DNA of 64,000 nt from Vicugna vicugna (Eukaryota): positions 1,054,001 through 1,118,000 of the forward strand of contig MU057781.1 of assembly GCA_013265495.1 (NCBI GenBank), written 5' to 3'. Shown one piece after another: positions 22,182 to 34,447 of the stretch. A model generated the notes under the pieces. It had not been told where the DNA came from. It made no database searches and was given only the letters and a program-made list of their open reading frames with translations. The translations under genes and the position numbers were made by a program. Every line of letters starts with the position of its first letter. Position 1 is the first letter of the stretch.

Positions 22182-25100
22182 GTGAGGAGCGCCCTCACGG
22201 GCCAGCAGTTGCCCGCCCTCCTGTTCCCGCATCTGTGCACCGCCCGCTGCCTCCACAGCCTGGAGGCCTGCCACAGAGCGCAGGGCTCTGCCCCTGGTTC
22301 CACCGTGGCCTCCAGTTTGCCTGCTCTGAGTTCTGGAACTCTGGGACCGTGGTGGGGTGGGTTTTGGCTCTGTCTGTCTGTTTTTGGCTTTCTCGGGTAC
22401 CTCAGCTTTTGCTGTGTCTGACTCTGACGTTTACAGAGTTCAGACCTGCAGCAAAAACAACACGTTCCTTTCTGACCAGCCCCAGAGGTGCTGCCCCAGA
22501 CAGGCCCGGGCCACAGAGGGGCATGAGGTAAGGAGAGGGCCCAGGATGCTAGGCAGGTGCGGGGCCCGTGGGACTCAGCCTACCTTCGGCCCCCTCCGGC
22601 CTGCCGCCTGGAAGGACTTGGACACCCCGTCACGCCCGGCTTTCAGGGCCTCCTGGACTTTTCCCCTCGTCATCCACACAGCAAATACACTGCAGGCTGG
22701 CCGAGCGGTCCTGGCCCCTGTCCTGGTGGTGGCCAGCTCTCCGGCCGCCCCGTGGCAGGGGATGTGGGGCTCAGTGCAGAGCCTGGGGCGTCCAGGCCGT
22801 GGCCAGTCGTACACTCGGGATAGTCCCTGGAGATGGTCCATCAGCGGACGGGGCTCCTGACCAGCGGCTGGGGGTCCTTTCCCACAGAGCTGTCTGTTAC
22901 TGTTCTCCGCGGAGTGATGGAACCTGGCTCCTGATGGACTGCGACCTAGTGCTGTGCGCCGCTTTGCTGGACGAGGTGCTGACGTTTCAGACCTCTGCAG
23001 ACCCTTCAGTTCTTGTTCTTCGCAGCTGCCTGCGGTCACGTGTAGCACGTTCACCCCAGACAACTACCCAAGTGACCGGGTGGGGGGGTCGGAGGCAGAG
23101 TGCGCAGCCAGGCCAGGCCAGTGGGCCCAGGGGCTGCCCCACCACAGAGACCCTGCAGGCCCCACCCCTGCATCCGGGGTGATACCCGCCAATCCCGCCA
23201 GGCCACATGAAGGCCTTTAACGCCATGTGGTGTTACCAGGAACTGGTGACAAAAAGACTTCAAGTTTGTGCTTAGACTAATCTTGGTGGACAGAGACCAC
23301 AAGGCTGGCCTGGCACGAGCTGTGCCCACCTGGCTCCTCTCTGTAACCAGCCGGCGTTGAGCTGACCCAGAGCTGACCATGGGACTGGTTGTTCCTGGTT
23401 GACGGGGTGATGCGTTGTCAGCTGCCACCCCCGGTGCCCAGGGCCCTCAGAGAGACAAGCGGCGCTGACCACCCTCCGGCCTCCGGCCCAGGGTCCGCTC
23501 ACAGCTCCCACTCCAAGCCCAGCTTCGGGCTGACGGCAGGAGCCCCAGGGTGGCCCAGCGTGAACAGCTCAAAGGTGACCACTGACGCCTCTGCCCTCTG
23601 CATCCTAGCCAGCTGGGAATTTTCTAACTTACAATTCAATTCTGAGCGAAATTGTCATTGGTTTTAAAATAAGGACATCAAAGTGGGAAGACGGGGTGGT
23701 TTAGCTGCCTTTTTCGCTAATGTGGCCGTGGTGGCATCTCCATGGCCCTGGACCCAAGTCCCCCTGGGACGGTGCCCGCTCCCTTCTGGGCGGCTGCTCC
23801 ACAGTGCTCCCTCCCACTGCCCAGAACAGCCCATGTGAAGCCTCCCTTCCCTGGAACCGGACGATTCCCGAACGCAGCAGAATGCGCCCCACAGCTCCCA
23901 TCTCGTCCCACCGACTCCGAGACACTGGGTGTCCCAGACTCGGGAGTCAAGGAGTCACATACAGCTTTGCCTGCACCTTGGGGCCGCGGCCAGCTTCCTG
24001 CCGGGGCAGCGCCGACACTGTGACAACAGGCCAGTCTACCTGTGATTGTGAACATGGAGTTTACCTTCCAGACCCCTGAGAGGGCCTCAGGGACCCCAGA
24101 GGTCCTCACGTCACAGCCAAGAGCCAGCCCCAAACAGGAAGGAATCTAAATGCTGTTGATAGCGGAACGGATATTTGCGCTGAATTCCGCGGCCAGCACT
24201 GCATCACGCGAGTCTGGAGGCAAATCTGAACAGGAGTGTGCGCAAGCAGGCCGGGGTCACGACCCTTGACCTCCCAGGCCGTGGTGGAGGGCATAGGGCT
24301 GCTGGACGTGACGGGGGCTGGGCTCTGCCTGGTACCTGTGCCTGGTACAGAACGAGGTCAGCGAGAAGGTGGGAAGGTGTCCAGTCCCGGCTGCACCCAC
24401 CGTTTGGTGTGTCCGGCTTATCCAGGGAAGCCCCCACCGTCCCAGAGGCAGGTGCGCACCCCACGGTGGGACGGGGTGTTTCTACGGGGAGGTGAGCCAC
24501 AGGGAAGGGCCAAGTGGCGGTCTTTGAAAAAGACGAAGCCCCACAGAACACAGGGATAAGCGCATCCCGAGCCGGGGGGGCTGTCCTCCTAAAGTGGGCC
24601 ATTCATTTTCATATGAACCCTCAGAGGCTCTTCTCAGACTTTCCTGTGGCCAGAACTTAAAGCTGGACCGCCTGTGGGTTCCTGCCTGTAACGAATACAA
24701 AATGGTGACGTTCGAACAAGAAGGCCGGGCTCCCTGCTGCATGCCACGCCTGGTGCTCGGGGAGGGAGCCCAGGCGGCCCTTTGTCCAGCTGGTCCCCGA
24801 GCCCTGGCTGGACATGGCCCACACGGACACGTGGGGCAAGTGCTGAAGGGCAGGGGCACAGCATGGGTCCCCTGGGGCGCCGGCCGGTCACCCCACGTGC
24901 CCCGTGCCTGGAGGAGGGTCGGCCCTGCGCCTCTGACTGCGGGACCCTCCTAGGACGCCTGCTCCTCATCTCCACTCGGCAGCTGAGCGCCGCTGCCAGT
25001 CCCGGCACAGCTGTGCCCCTCCTCCCTCCGTCTTCTGGGAATCTCAGTAACTGCCAGCGTTTGGCAGCCCAGTATTTGAGCGGCTGCTGCTTGTTGGCCT

Positions 25101-27531
25101 CCGGAACTCACACATGCACACGGGGACCTGCCGCTCCGGGCGCTCTGAAGCCACTGAGTCGGCCCTCCCCACAGCAGTGCTGTGACCTGGGGACACTGAA
25201 TTTTACCAGGCAAGAATCCGAGGCGGGGCCTCTGTCCCCACCCTCCCTGGGGGCCTCAGGCAGCACCCCTGCTTCTCCACTCCCACTTTGGTACAGAACC
25301 AGACGTGATCGGGCCTGGTTCAGGGGCCCCGCGCCGTCCACCTCTTGAGCCTGGCATCTCCCGCCCATGGCGGCTGGCCCTGCAGACAGTGGGCCTTTGT
25401 GCCCTCCTGGCCCTGCTGTTGGCCTCGGGGCCCCCGGTGACACCACCTGCCTGCCCGTCCGCTCAGACCGAGGCCAGCCGCCTGGCCACGGCAAAGGGGC
25501 CGCTTGCCCACACCCTGAGGGAAGGAGCTTGTGGGGCAGGGAGGACAGGCGGACGATTGTTAACTTTATCACCGCGCCATTAATTACGGCCGTCAGTCCC
25601 CACCGTGTGGAGCTTGGGCTGGGCTGCCATGTCCCGTGTCCCCACCCTGCACAGGGTTTGCTTTCAGATAAGTCTGCGTGCACAGCACTGCATTAATCAT
25701 CACCCACGCTAGGGCTCAGCGGTCAGGTCCCAGGCAGGCAGCACTCCGGCCATCCTCACAGCGGCCGGGGCAGGGCCTCACCGTGGGGAGGACGCATGTG
25801 AGGCCGCCCAGCCCTCCCTCCCTGCCCCGGAGCCCACGCTGGCCTCCCGGGACCCACCGGCACCAGCACTGCCCTGCCTGCTCCCTGGTTCTGGGAGGTG
25901 CTGCGCCCCTTCCTGGGTGTGGCTGCGGGGAGGGTCGCTTGTCTATGAGGGGGAGGGTGCTGACCCCAACAGCCCTGCCCGCTCCAGCCAGGGCCCCTCA
26001 GGGGCCAGCTTCTCAGTCCTGTTGAATCAGATGTGGATGCGCCCGCAGCAGGGGGATCTGCCCGAGCAAGGAGGGGCCAGGGCCTCCTGGGACCCGGGGA
26101 ACCCCTGGTGGGCGCTGGGCTTGAAGGCCCAGTGGGAGATCGGCCCCAGGCCTCCCGGGCTGTTCCCTGTCACTCCCCACCATCCCTGCGACGCCCCGCC
26201 AGCTCCTGGCATGGCCGGGCTGAACAGGGCCCAGCGCTCTGTGATCATGGGCCCAGGGTGTGCGAGGAGCAGCTCTTACACACCTGCCTTTCGTGTGCTG
26301 TTTCTCACCCGGGACCACACACTAACACTGATCCCGGTCTTGAATTAAGTAAATTCCTCTGGGGGCTGGGGTGGTACGTCGTGGTTTCCAGTGAAAGCAT
26401 TTGTGTCCGACTGGAGATGGAGGAGGCTGAGAACCATTAACTTAGGTTCTCCGGACCCTGACCGAGCTCTCAAGGCCTGGCCACGCAGAGAGGGAGGAGG
26501 GCGCCAAGGCCTCGCCAGCCAGGGCCCAGGATGGAGCAGCCCAGAAAGCCAGTCTCATTTCCTCCACCAGCGGCAACAAGAAAATTTAATAGACAGTAAG
26601 GAGCCATGCACAGCAAACACCATGTGGCATTTCAGAATTGACCCCAAATGTGTTAGACAAGGAATGATTTTAGGCCGTACTGAAGGCCACACGAGATGTG
26701 CCGGACTCCTACTCAGGGTGCATGCTCAGCACGGCTGGGGGTCTCCCCAAAGCCAGTCCACTCCAAGTTACGTTCCCCTATTGTTGGTTCAGGGCAGTCC
26801 CAATCAAAACGCCCACTGCGGGGGTGGGGGTGGCAGTTTTAAATGGACCAGGCAGGGCCTACTGGGCAGTGCAGAGCCCGGAGGCAGGAGCTCCGGGGAG
26901 TTCTGGAGACAGGAGGGAGCCACCCCCAGGCCAAGGAGCTCGAGGGGCCTCAGCCAGACAGCGGCCAGACTCTGTGGACGAATGGGGCGGCCACCTGCTC
27001 TCCCATGCTGCCCGGCCAGTAGGTCAGTGGGTCAGTCGGCTCTGCTGGCTCCATCCCCGAGGGGGCCCCAGGCCTCCCCTGGTGGCCAAGCCCCGTCAGT
27101 GGGCGGGAAGTGGGAGCCTGTGTGGCCAGGGCAGCGCATCAGGGACAGGCACACGCTCCGCCACAGTGATGACCCAAGACCCTCTGCAGCGGGGGTGCCT
27201 GGGTGGGACCGGGGTGTGCCGTCTGTTTGCGCCCAGCTGTCCCGAGTGCTCGGCTGGTTTTCTTTGTGCTTCAGGCCACTTCCAAAAATAAACCCAAGGT
27301 TAGTAGAAGACTCCATCCTTGAAGGAAATGGTTAATCCGAAGTGCTGGGCCGGGACCGCCCTCTGACTGTCCTAGGAGCTGCTGTCCGCCCGCCCGTTCT
27401 TTCCCTTTTCCCTGGACACTGCTGGCCTTCCTGGGGTGCGTGGGGGAGAGTCCGCTCGGCCCTCCCCTCGGGGGTGGAGGAGGGGCTGCAGCCACTGCGC
27501 TGACCGGCGCCTTCCTGCCCCGTCTCCCCAG

Positions 27532-27643
27532 CTACCCGTACAGCGAGGACTCCAGCCAGGGCAAGCAGTACATGAACACCCGGTGCCCCGCCTGGTGCGA
27601 CCGCGTCCTCATGTCCCCGTCCGCCAAGGAGCTGATTCTGAAT
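27532..27643 (+). CDS. INPP5A: INPP5A coding exon (13), (S)YPYSEDSSQGKQYMNTRCPAWCDRVLMSPSAKELILN
   Basis: ccccag acceptor, 112 nt whose phase fits the previous exon; contains the 5-phosphatase catalytic motif PAWCDRVL; GTGAGT donor. Confidence 0.98.
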
Positions 27644-29968
27644 GTGAGTGTGAGGTGGGGGTGGGACCCCCGGCCTGCGGGGCCGTGGGCGAGCCAGGCC
27701 TCCAGCACCTTCCCAGCTCAAAATGGGCATGAGCGGCCAGCCGTGCACCAGGAGCCCCCTGATCTGCCACGTCCTCGGGGCCAGTGAGCCCTCGTCTTCG
27801 CAAGAGCTTGTTGCTGACGTCTCTGCGTCTCCCAAGCTGTGAGTCAGAGCCAGAGTCGCACTCGGACCCGAGAAGTTAAAGACGAACGGCCCACGGTCCG
27901 GGGGCAGCACCGTGTGCTGGGCCAGGTTTCCCAGGGTGTTTCAGTGCCCACATCTCAGCACGAAAGGAGTGCTGGCAGAAGTCAATATCTGCATTGGTCT
28001 TGTCCACCCCATCAGTGCAAAAATGTTACAGTGACGTGCATTGACTCACCAGGGCAGCAGTCTGGCCTCTGAGGGACGGGGGCAGCCAGTTAGGGTGGCA
28101 GGAGGCCCCCATGGCCCCAGACCGCCCCCTGCCCACCTCAACCCAGCATATTTGAGGCCAGTTGCCACCCTCCATGGCCCCCGCAGCTGCTCCGAGGAGC
28201 CCCGTCTGGGCCCCTGGGCCTCACCCAGGACATAGTCGGGAGGGCAGAATGCCCACCGGCTGCCTAGGTGTGCACCCCGTCCCCCGCTCAGCGGCCCCTG
28301 CGGCCCCCACTGGGAGGCCTGCTAACTTTTGCAGGAGGGCTGGCCCTCAACACCGCCTGGAGCCACAGCTCCCTGGGCGTTGGGGCAGGGAGCCTGCAGC
28401 CATGTGGGGTCTGCAGCAAGCTTGCTCTGGTGGGGCCTGGGGGGCTGGCCTGGGCAGCCTAGGCAGACCCCCGGCCTGTGGGCAGGACCTGCACCTCAGG
28501 GCCCATCAGGGAGGACGGCCGCTGGGGCTGCTTCCACAGGCGGCCCTCCTGAAGGAGCTGCGTGGGGCAGGGCCCTGAGCACACAGCCCAGACTTGGGCC
28601 TGCCCCTGGTGCCCTGAGGTGAGGGCGAGGGATGAGAGAATGGACAGCGGCTCTGAGCACATGGGGCACATGAGGCCTGTGGCCGGTGTGGGTGCCTCCA
28701 GGGGCCTCGGGACGCAGAGAAGAGACCAGAGTCATCTTCCAGAGAGAGAGGTGTCTTGCAGTAAACCCACTAAGACAGCGGGGGTGCCCAGGACTGCGCG
28801 TGGGGGCTGCACGAGCCTCCGCCCCAGGCTGCAGACAGTCTAGCGGAAGGTGGCATTTTAGACTGTTTTATGTCATCTCAGTCTGGGGGCCTGAGACTGG
28901 CTGCTGCAGACGCTGTGGGGACAGAGCTCGGCTGCTGGCCCGTCTGGGGAAGGCCCAGTGCCTTCCTGGTGGGGAGTCCCGGCAAGCGGGCGTTCCCGGC
29001 CCGGTGGCTGCGTGGCTAGCAGTCTCCGTGGCGTCATCCATCATGCCACGCTCGGGCAGCTCGGCCTTGTGTTAGTTCCGCTTCCCAGCCCCGGACACCG
29101 GAGGCGGCAGCCGCAGTGACGAGTGCGCAGCGAGGCGTGCGGCGCCGCGGTCATTTGTTTATCTGTCTCGAGATCATACGGTTGGAAACCCACAATCTTA
29201 TGCTGCCTTTGCAAATTGCCTCGCTCGTTGGATGGATGCACCCGACTCTGCGGAGGCGGCGCTGCGACTGCGGGGACTTGCGGAGGGTGCTGTCTGTATG
29301 TTCTGGCAGACGACCATGCTGGAGAGGAAATCTGACCTTCAGCTTCCGACTGCATTACGGATAATTCGGTTTCAACGTTGTAGTCGCAGATGCTTCAGCT
29401 GCAGATGTAAAACCCCGGCCCAGTCGGAGCCGTCCGACTGCTGGGAACACACACCCTCTGCGTCGTCTGGAGTTAAGGGTCTGCAGGCTGGTGGAGGTGG
29501 GAGGCCGACGGGCACACGGACCACGGGGTGCAGTGGTGTGGAGTTCAGGGGCGTCTGCTCTTGCATGAACAGGGGGCGCTGGGTGAACAGAAGCTGATGT
29601 CAGAAGCGAACGTCAGCAGGGAAAGTGGGAACCGGACGAGCGTCTGTGGTGCCGGGGGCTCAGCGGCACATGTGCTCACAGCGGCACCGACTGCGGGGAG
29701 CACCGGCCCGGGCCTCCACCGCGTCCGGGGCGCCGAAGGGCCGGAGGGGAGCCTGGAGCTCAGCATAGCCCCTGAGGTCACCGCCTTCCTGAGGCCAGAG
29801 CCGCCTCGCCTGCAAGAGCCAGGGTGCAGAGATGCCGCCCGGACCGCCGGGACCTCGGGCCGCCGCCAGCCGCCCCTCCGAGGGGCCTCAGAAATGGGCA
29901 GAGTGGGCGGCGGGCGACTGCTCCCCATTCCCACCTCTCACACCTCTTCCTGTGCTTGCTTTTCTCAG

Positions 29969-30037
29969 TCGGAGAGCGAGGAGAAGGTTGTCACCTACGA
30001 CCACATCGGGCCCAGCGTCTGCATGGGAGACCACAAG
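29969..30037 (+). CDS. INPP5A: INPP5A coding exon (14), SESEEKVVTYDHIGPSVCMGDHK
   Basis: ttttctcag acceptor, 69 nt, GTGACA donor; GDHK joins PV of the next exon to give the conserved (S/G)DHxPV motif. Confidence 0.97.
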
Positions 30038-30756
30038 GTGACATCACCTCGCTGGGGCCCAGGGTGGGCGGTGGCGGCTTGTCCTGCCGCCTCCTTAGCC
30101 TGGCCTCACAGAGGAGGTGAAATTGGTCTGTTTTTATTTGATTTTAATAAAATGCCAGAAGGAGTTGGGTAGACAAGCAGACAGTAAGGCAGACAAGACT
30201 AGTCACAAGAGAACACGGTGCAGTTTTACTATTTGTAAAAAATGCTGGTGGTTTCCGGAGTCCGTTTCCCAGGTGTGCATTGGAAGTATTTTAATGGCCT
30301 CTGAGGTGGGGCAGCTGCCACCATGGGGCGAGCGGGAGGCGTGCGTGCTACCAGCCCAGCGCTTCGGGAGGCAGTGATTGTTCCAGTACTAAGTTCTCCG
30401 TGTGACCATGCCTGGCCCCCGAGGGGCCCCATGGGGACAGGTCCTGGGTCACTGGCAGGCAAAGGCGATGCACTGGTCCCCCATCTTCAAGACCTCTGGG
30501 CCCCGCCCACACTGCCCCATCCCAGGAGAAGCTCTGTCTTTCCGGGGCTATTTGGCCGGAATCAGCAGTTCTTAAATGAGCTTTTACATTAGTTTTCCCT
30601 CTGGGAATAATGCCCTCTCTACAGACCACGAAGGCCCTCTGCCTCGAGCCTCTGGCTGCCCAGTCCGGGCAGCTCCACACGGGCGGGGTCCAGAATGGGT
30701 ACCCAGCCGGGAGCGTGGGGTCCGGGGTTCTGACGACTTCTCTTCTGCCCCTGCAG

Positions 30757-30837
30757 CCCGTGTTCCTGGCCTTCCGCATCGCGCCCGGGGCAGGTAAACC
30801 TCACGCACGTGTGCACAAGTGCTGTGTCGTGCAGTGA
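30757..30837 (+). CDS. INPP5A: INPP5A last coding exon (15), PVFLAFRIAPGAGKPHARVHKCCVVQ*; exon continues to 30844
   Basis: ctgcag acceptor, TGA at 30835-30837, C-terminal CAAX box CVVQ, GTAAAT donor at 30845. Confidence 0.98.
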   Translation, partial: PVFLAFRIAPGAGKPHARVHKCCVVQ

Positions 30838-30931
30838 CGTGGTGGTAAATATTCCTCCTTCCCTCGTGTTCACCTTTCCTGAGTTTCTCCTGGTGTGTGC
30901 GCGCCTTTAACCAACGGCCGACTCCACGCAG

Positions 30932-32390
30932 GGACGCGGTGTCAGCGCCACGAGAGGACCCTTGGCGAGCCCTCCCTGTAGCACAAGGCGCAGACGAAGT
31001 CGCAGCCCATGAAATACGTACTCGTGATAGCTGCACCCACAACCGCCCGAGCGCCACCCGCTAGGCAGATGGCCGGCCCTGCACTTCGCTTCAGCCTCCG
31101 GACGGCGGCTCCGGAAAAGCCTCACATACCTCACTGTCTCGTCTGTTCATGTGACATTAAGTAGAAATACTGGGTTTTTTTAAAAAGAAAAAAGTCACAG
31201 CCCTGTTGCCAAAACTCTGTAATAGACAGCAAAGAGATTCTGTATTTTAGACTTCACGGTTTTCGATTTTTACGAATTGTCAGCGTGGAAGAGCTTCTCC
31301 AGGGTGGAAACCCCACAGGTGCCGAGCCCTCTGCCAGCCGGGCGCCCGGTGGGGGGCGGGCGGGCTCTGGACCGCCGGGCTGTGCGCGGCCTCTGCTGGG
31401 GGTCGTGGCCCGGCTCCCACTCCGATGGCCCCCCTTCCGTGCTCTTCACTCTACTGCCATGTGACATGGCTTTTGAATCACACTGCAGCTGCTTTCCATT
31501 TTTATATATAAATATATATAAATATATACTTTTTAAAAATAATTTATAAACCTTACCAAAACTTACGCTAAATATACTTTCCAGTATGAATGCTTGAGTG
31601 GTATTTCAGCAGGTAGCATCGAGGTCTAGGAGGTCAGGCACGTGTCTGTCAGCACACAAGGCTCCCAAACAAGTGACAGGGCTTGGCTGTGCCCTCACGG
31701 GCCAGACCGACCCCCGCACGTCTGCACGAGCAGCCGGACTCCTAGGCCTCCTTCTGTGTAACATTAAGAACTGAATGTGAACTTCATAGCTAGCTCGGGT
31801 GTACCTTCTAAGAATTTTGTAAACTGTTTTGTCCGTCTTTTGTTACTGTTCTGCGGTGCCAAGTATTCTACATGAAACAACAATATCCTGGGAGAGATAA
31901 AAGTAGCGTAGCCTGCTTCTGATAGAAACTGCTTTTAACCTGGGCTGTACATACAAATACTCAGAGAAACAGAACTGCTCACGTCCCTGGCTGCTCAGCC
32001 TCGGACGACCTGTGTGATACGCCAGCTGCGAGCCCTGGCCCTCAGGACAGGCGATCCCAGAGCCCGTGGGCGAAACACAGACGGACGTCTTACTGATCTG
32101 CTTCAGAACACTACAGAACTCCTGGGCTGGGGCACGGCGCCGGGGGCGCCTGTTTCTAGAGAAATCACTACCGTAGCAAGTGCTATGGCGTCCACTCGCC
32201 GAATCCATGTCCTTGACAGTGTGATCGGAGCTGTGTCTGGCTGGGGTCGCTGCGCTCTGTCCACCGGCCACACGGCCGTTCCGTCCCCAGCGATCCGTGT
32301 AGCGGGGTTTCAACTGTTGGTCACTGTCGAGGCCTCTAGAAATGACCGCTCCAGTTCCTAAGCAATAAAATTGACCATGGTGAAGATACC
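30932..32390 (+). other. INPP5A: INPP5A terminal non-coding exon / 3'UTR
   Basis: cgcag acceptor at 30930-30931 closes an 87-nt intron; AT-rich blocks and AATAAA at 32364; resembles the human 3'UTR as recalled; 3' end approximate. Confidence 0.85.
32364..32369 (+). terminator. INPP5A: INPP5A polyadenylation signal AATAAA
   Basis: Canonical hexamer at the end of the 3'UTR (cctaagcAATAAAattgacc). Confidence 0.85.
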
Positions 32391-34210
32391 CTGTCTTGCT
32401 GTCTCCTCCTTCCGCGTGCCCGACCCCCTTTAAATCCCTCGCACCAGCAGCGCTGGGCTCTGCCCTGTTGGACGCTGCTCCCAGACAAAGCCGAGGGGTG
32501 AGAGCAGAGAGAGCGTCTTCAGGGCTTTTCACTGCAGAGGTGCCTGCTGGGAGTCCCCCCTCAGCGTTCGCAGTGAGATTGCATAAATGCACTGCTTTCC
32601 TCAAAACTTTAAAATTGGAAATTCCTTTGCTCTTAACGTGGGCTGAGGGAATAATTCATGCACAGAAATTAAAAAAAATCAATGCTTTCCTTAAAAAGAA
32701 AAACAGTCAGTGGACACGCCTGGTGTTAAACTGGTGCAACCATGCGGCAAAAAAACAGAAAACTTCAGCTTTTTACGTTTCTCTTGAACATTTTTAGTAA
32801 TGCCCTTCAAGAGAACTCTTAGGGCGCGATACCATTTACTTTTAGTTTTTAAAATCAACATGACTGTTACGCCCATGAAGCTGCAACCACGTCCAGCTCC
32901 AGAAAACAGAAGGGACAGGATGGTCTTCTGTGAACGGGAGCAGATCCATGGCTGTTCTTAACCAGAATCCCAGCCCTTGGATTCCATGGTGAGGAGACAG
33001 GCCAGAGAGAGGAGGGCTTCCCCACCTTCCTCTGGGGGGCTGGGGGCGGGGGGCTGGGTCTGGCCAGGGGATCCAGGGAGGTACCCTAACGGTCGCGGCT
33101 GGAGCAGCCCAGGAGAAGGACGAGGTCCAAACACTGGCCAGAAGCGCTTTTTCAAGAAAACCAGCCCTTCGAGTCTGAGGATCGAAAGCATAGAGAAAAT
33201 TCCAGGGCTGGCTGAGGGACCTGCCTGATGTCTCTGGGCAGCAGAATTGTCTCGGCTTTCCCTTTGTGGTTTCAGCTTGAATTAATTAAATAGTGCTTTC
33301 ACCGATTAAAAAAACCTCTTGTATGCTAGCGGAAGGGCCACGATGCTGATGAACTTAAAACCTGATTTATTTCACCCAGTGTGAGTTTAGTGCTACCTGC
33401 AATTGTGTCGCCTCTCGGTAAGGCTAGGCACGTTTTAATCCACAGTCAGACCAAAACGCATCAATGGGCTGGGGTTTCAGCCGGGCAGGGATGCCCCTCA
33501 CCGCCCCTGGAAAAGGGGAAAAGTACCACGCTGGGTGGGGTGGGAATGCCGCTCACCTGCCCTATTGGGGACCCCTAAATGTGTTTAAATCTGCCCCATC
33601 TCATCCATCTGAGCAAGCGAAACAGGGGCCTCCGAGACCCCTGGGGAGGGCGCCCGAGCTCAACCGCGCTGCCCAGACGCCCCGTCCCGGGCTGGGGTCG
33701 GAGGAGTTGGCGGGAGGTCGAGGCAGGGAGGGATAAAGGGGTCCTACCTGCTTCCGCTCACACCTGATGCGCCAGGCGCCCGCGCTCCGCTCCATCCCCG
33801 GCGCCATATGTTCCACTCAGCCTCTCGGAGTCCTGGCTCTTGGCGACGCTCTTGCGGCCCGCCCGGGCGGCCCCTTCCCTTGGGCGGCGGCCGGAGGTTC
33901 GCGGGGCCGGGGCGCCCTTCCTCGCGCCCGGCCTCAAGATGCCCTCCTCGGTCCTGCGCGCTGCCGCCGCCTGGGCAGCCGGGGGCTCGGGGGCTGGAGC
34001 CGCTCGCGCCCTGCCGCCGAGCCGGACCCCGTCCAGACTCAGGCGCCCTCGAGTCTCAGGCGCAGCCCCGCGGGATGGAAGGCTGGACCCGGGACCGAAC
34101 AGCGAACGCGGCAGGGGCCCCGCAGGGCGCCTCGCCCGCGGTTTTCGATAAGGAAGAAACACGCGGTGCAGCCTCGGGAGCCGCGGCTCCGACGGGGACG
34201 TGTTAAATAA

Positions 34211-34216
34211 TTTATT
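34211..34216 (-). terminator. NKX6-2: NKX6-2 proximal polyadenylation signal AATAAA
   Basis: Plus-strand TTTATT within the AT-rich patch tgttaaataatttattgattatacaaag. Confidence 0.8.
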
Positions 34217-34447
34217 GATTATACAAAGTGATTCCTCCCAGGACGCGCAGCAGCGGCGGCCCTGGGCCGACGCCCCCGCCGAACGCGCCGGGGACAGGGA
34301 CGCGGGCGCGTCCAGGGTCCCTGCACGCCGAGCCGGAGCCGGGCCGCTTTATAACTTATTCTGTAAAAATATATATACACACTCCGTCCGGCGCAGGCGG
34401 CTGGCGTGGGGCGCCGGCCCGCATCCCGTACCCTGGTTGTGCGGCCT

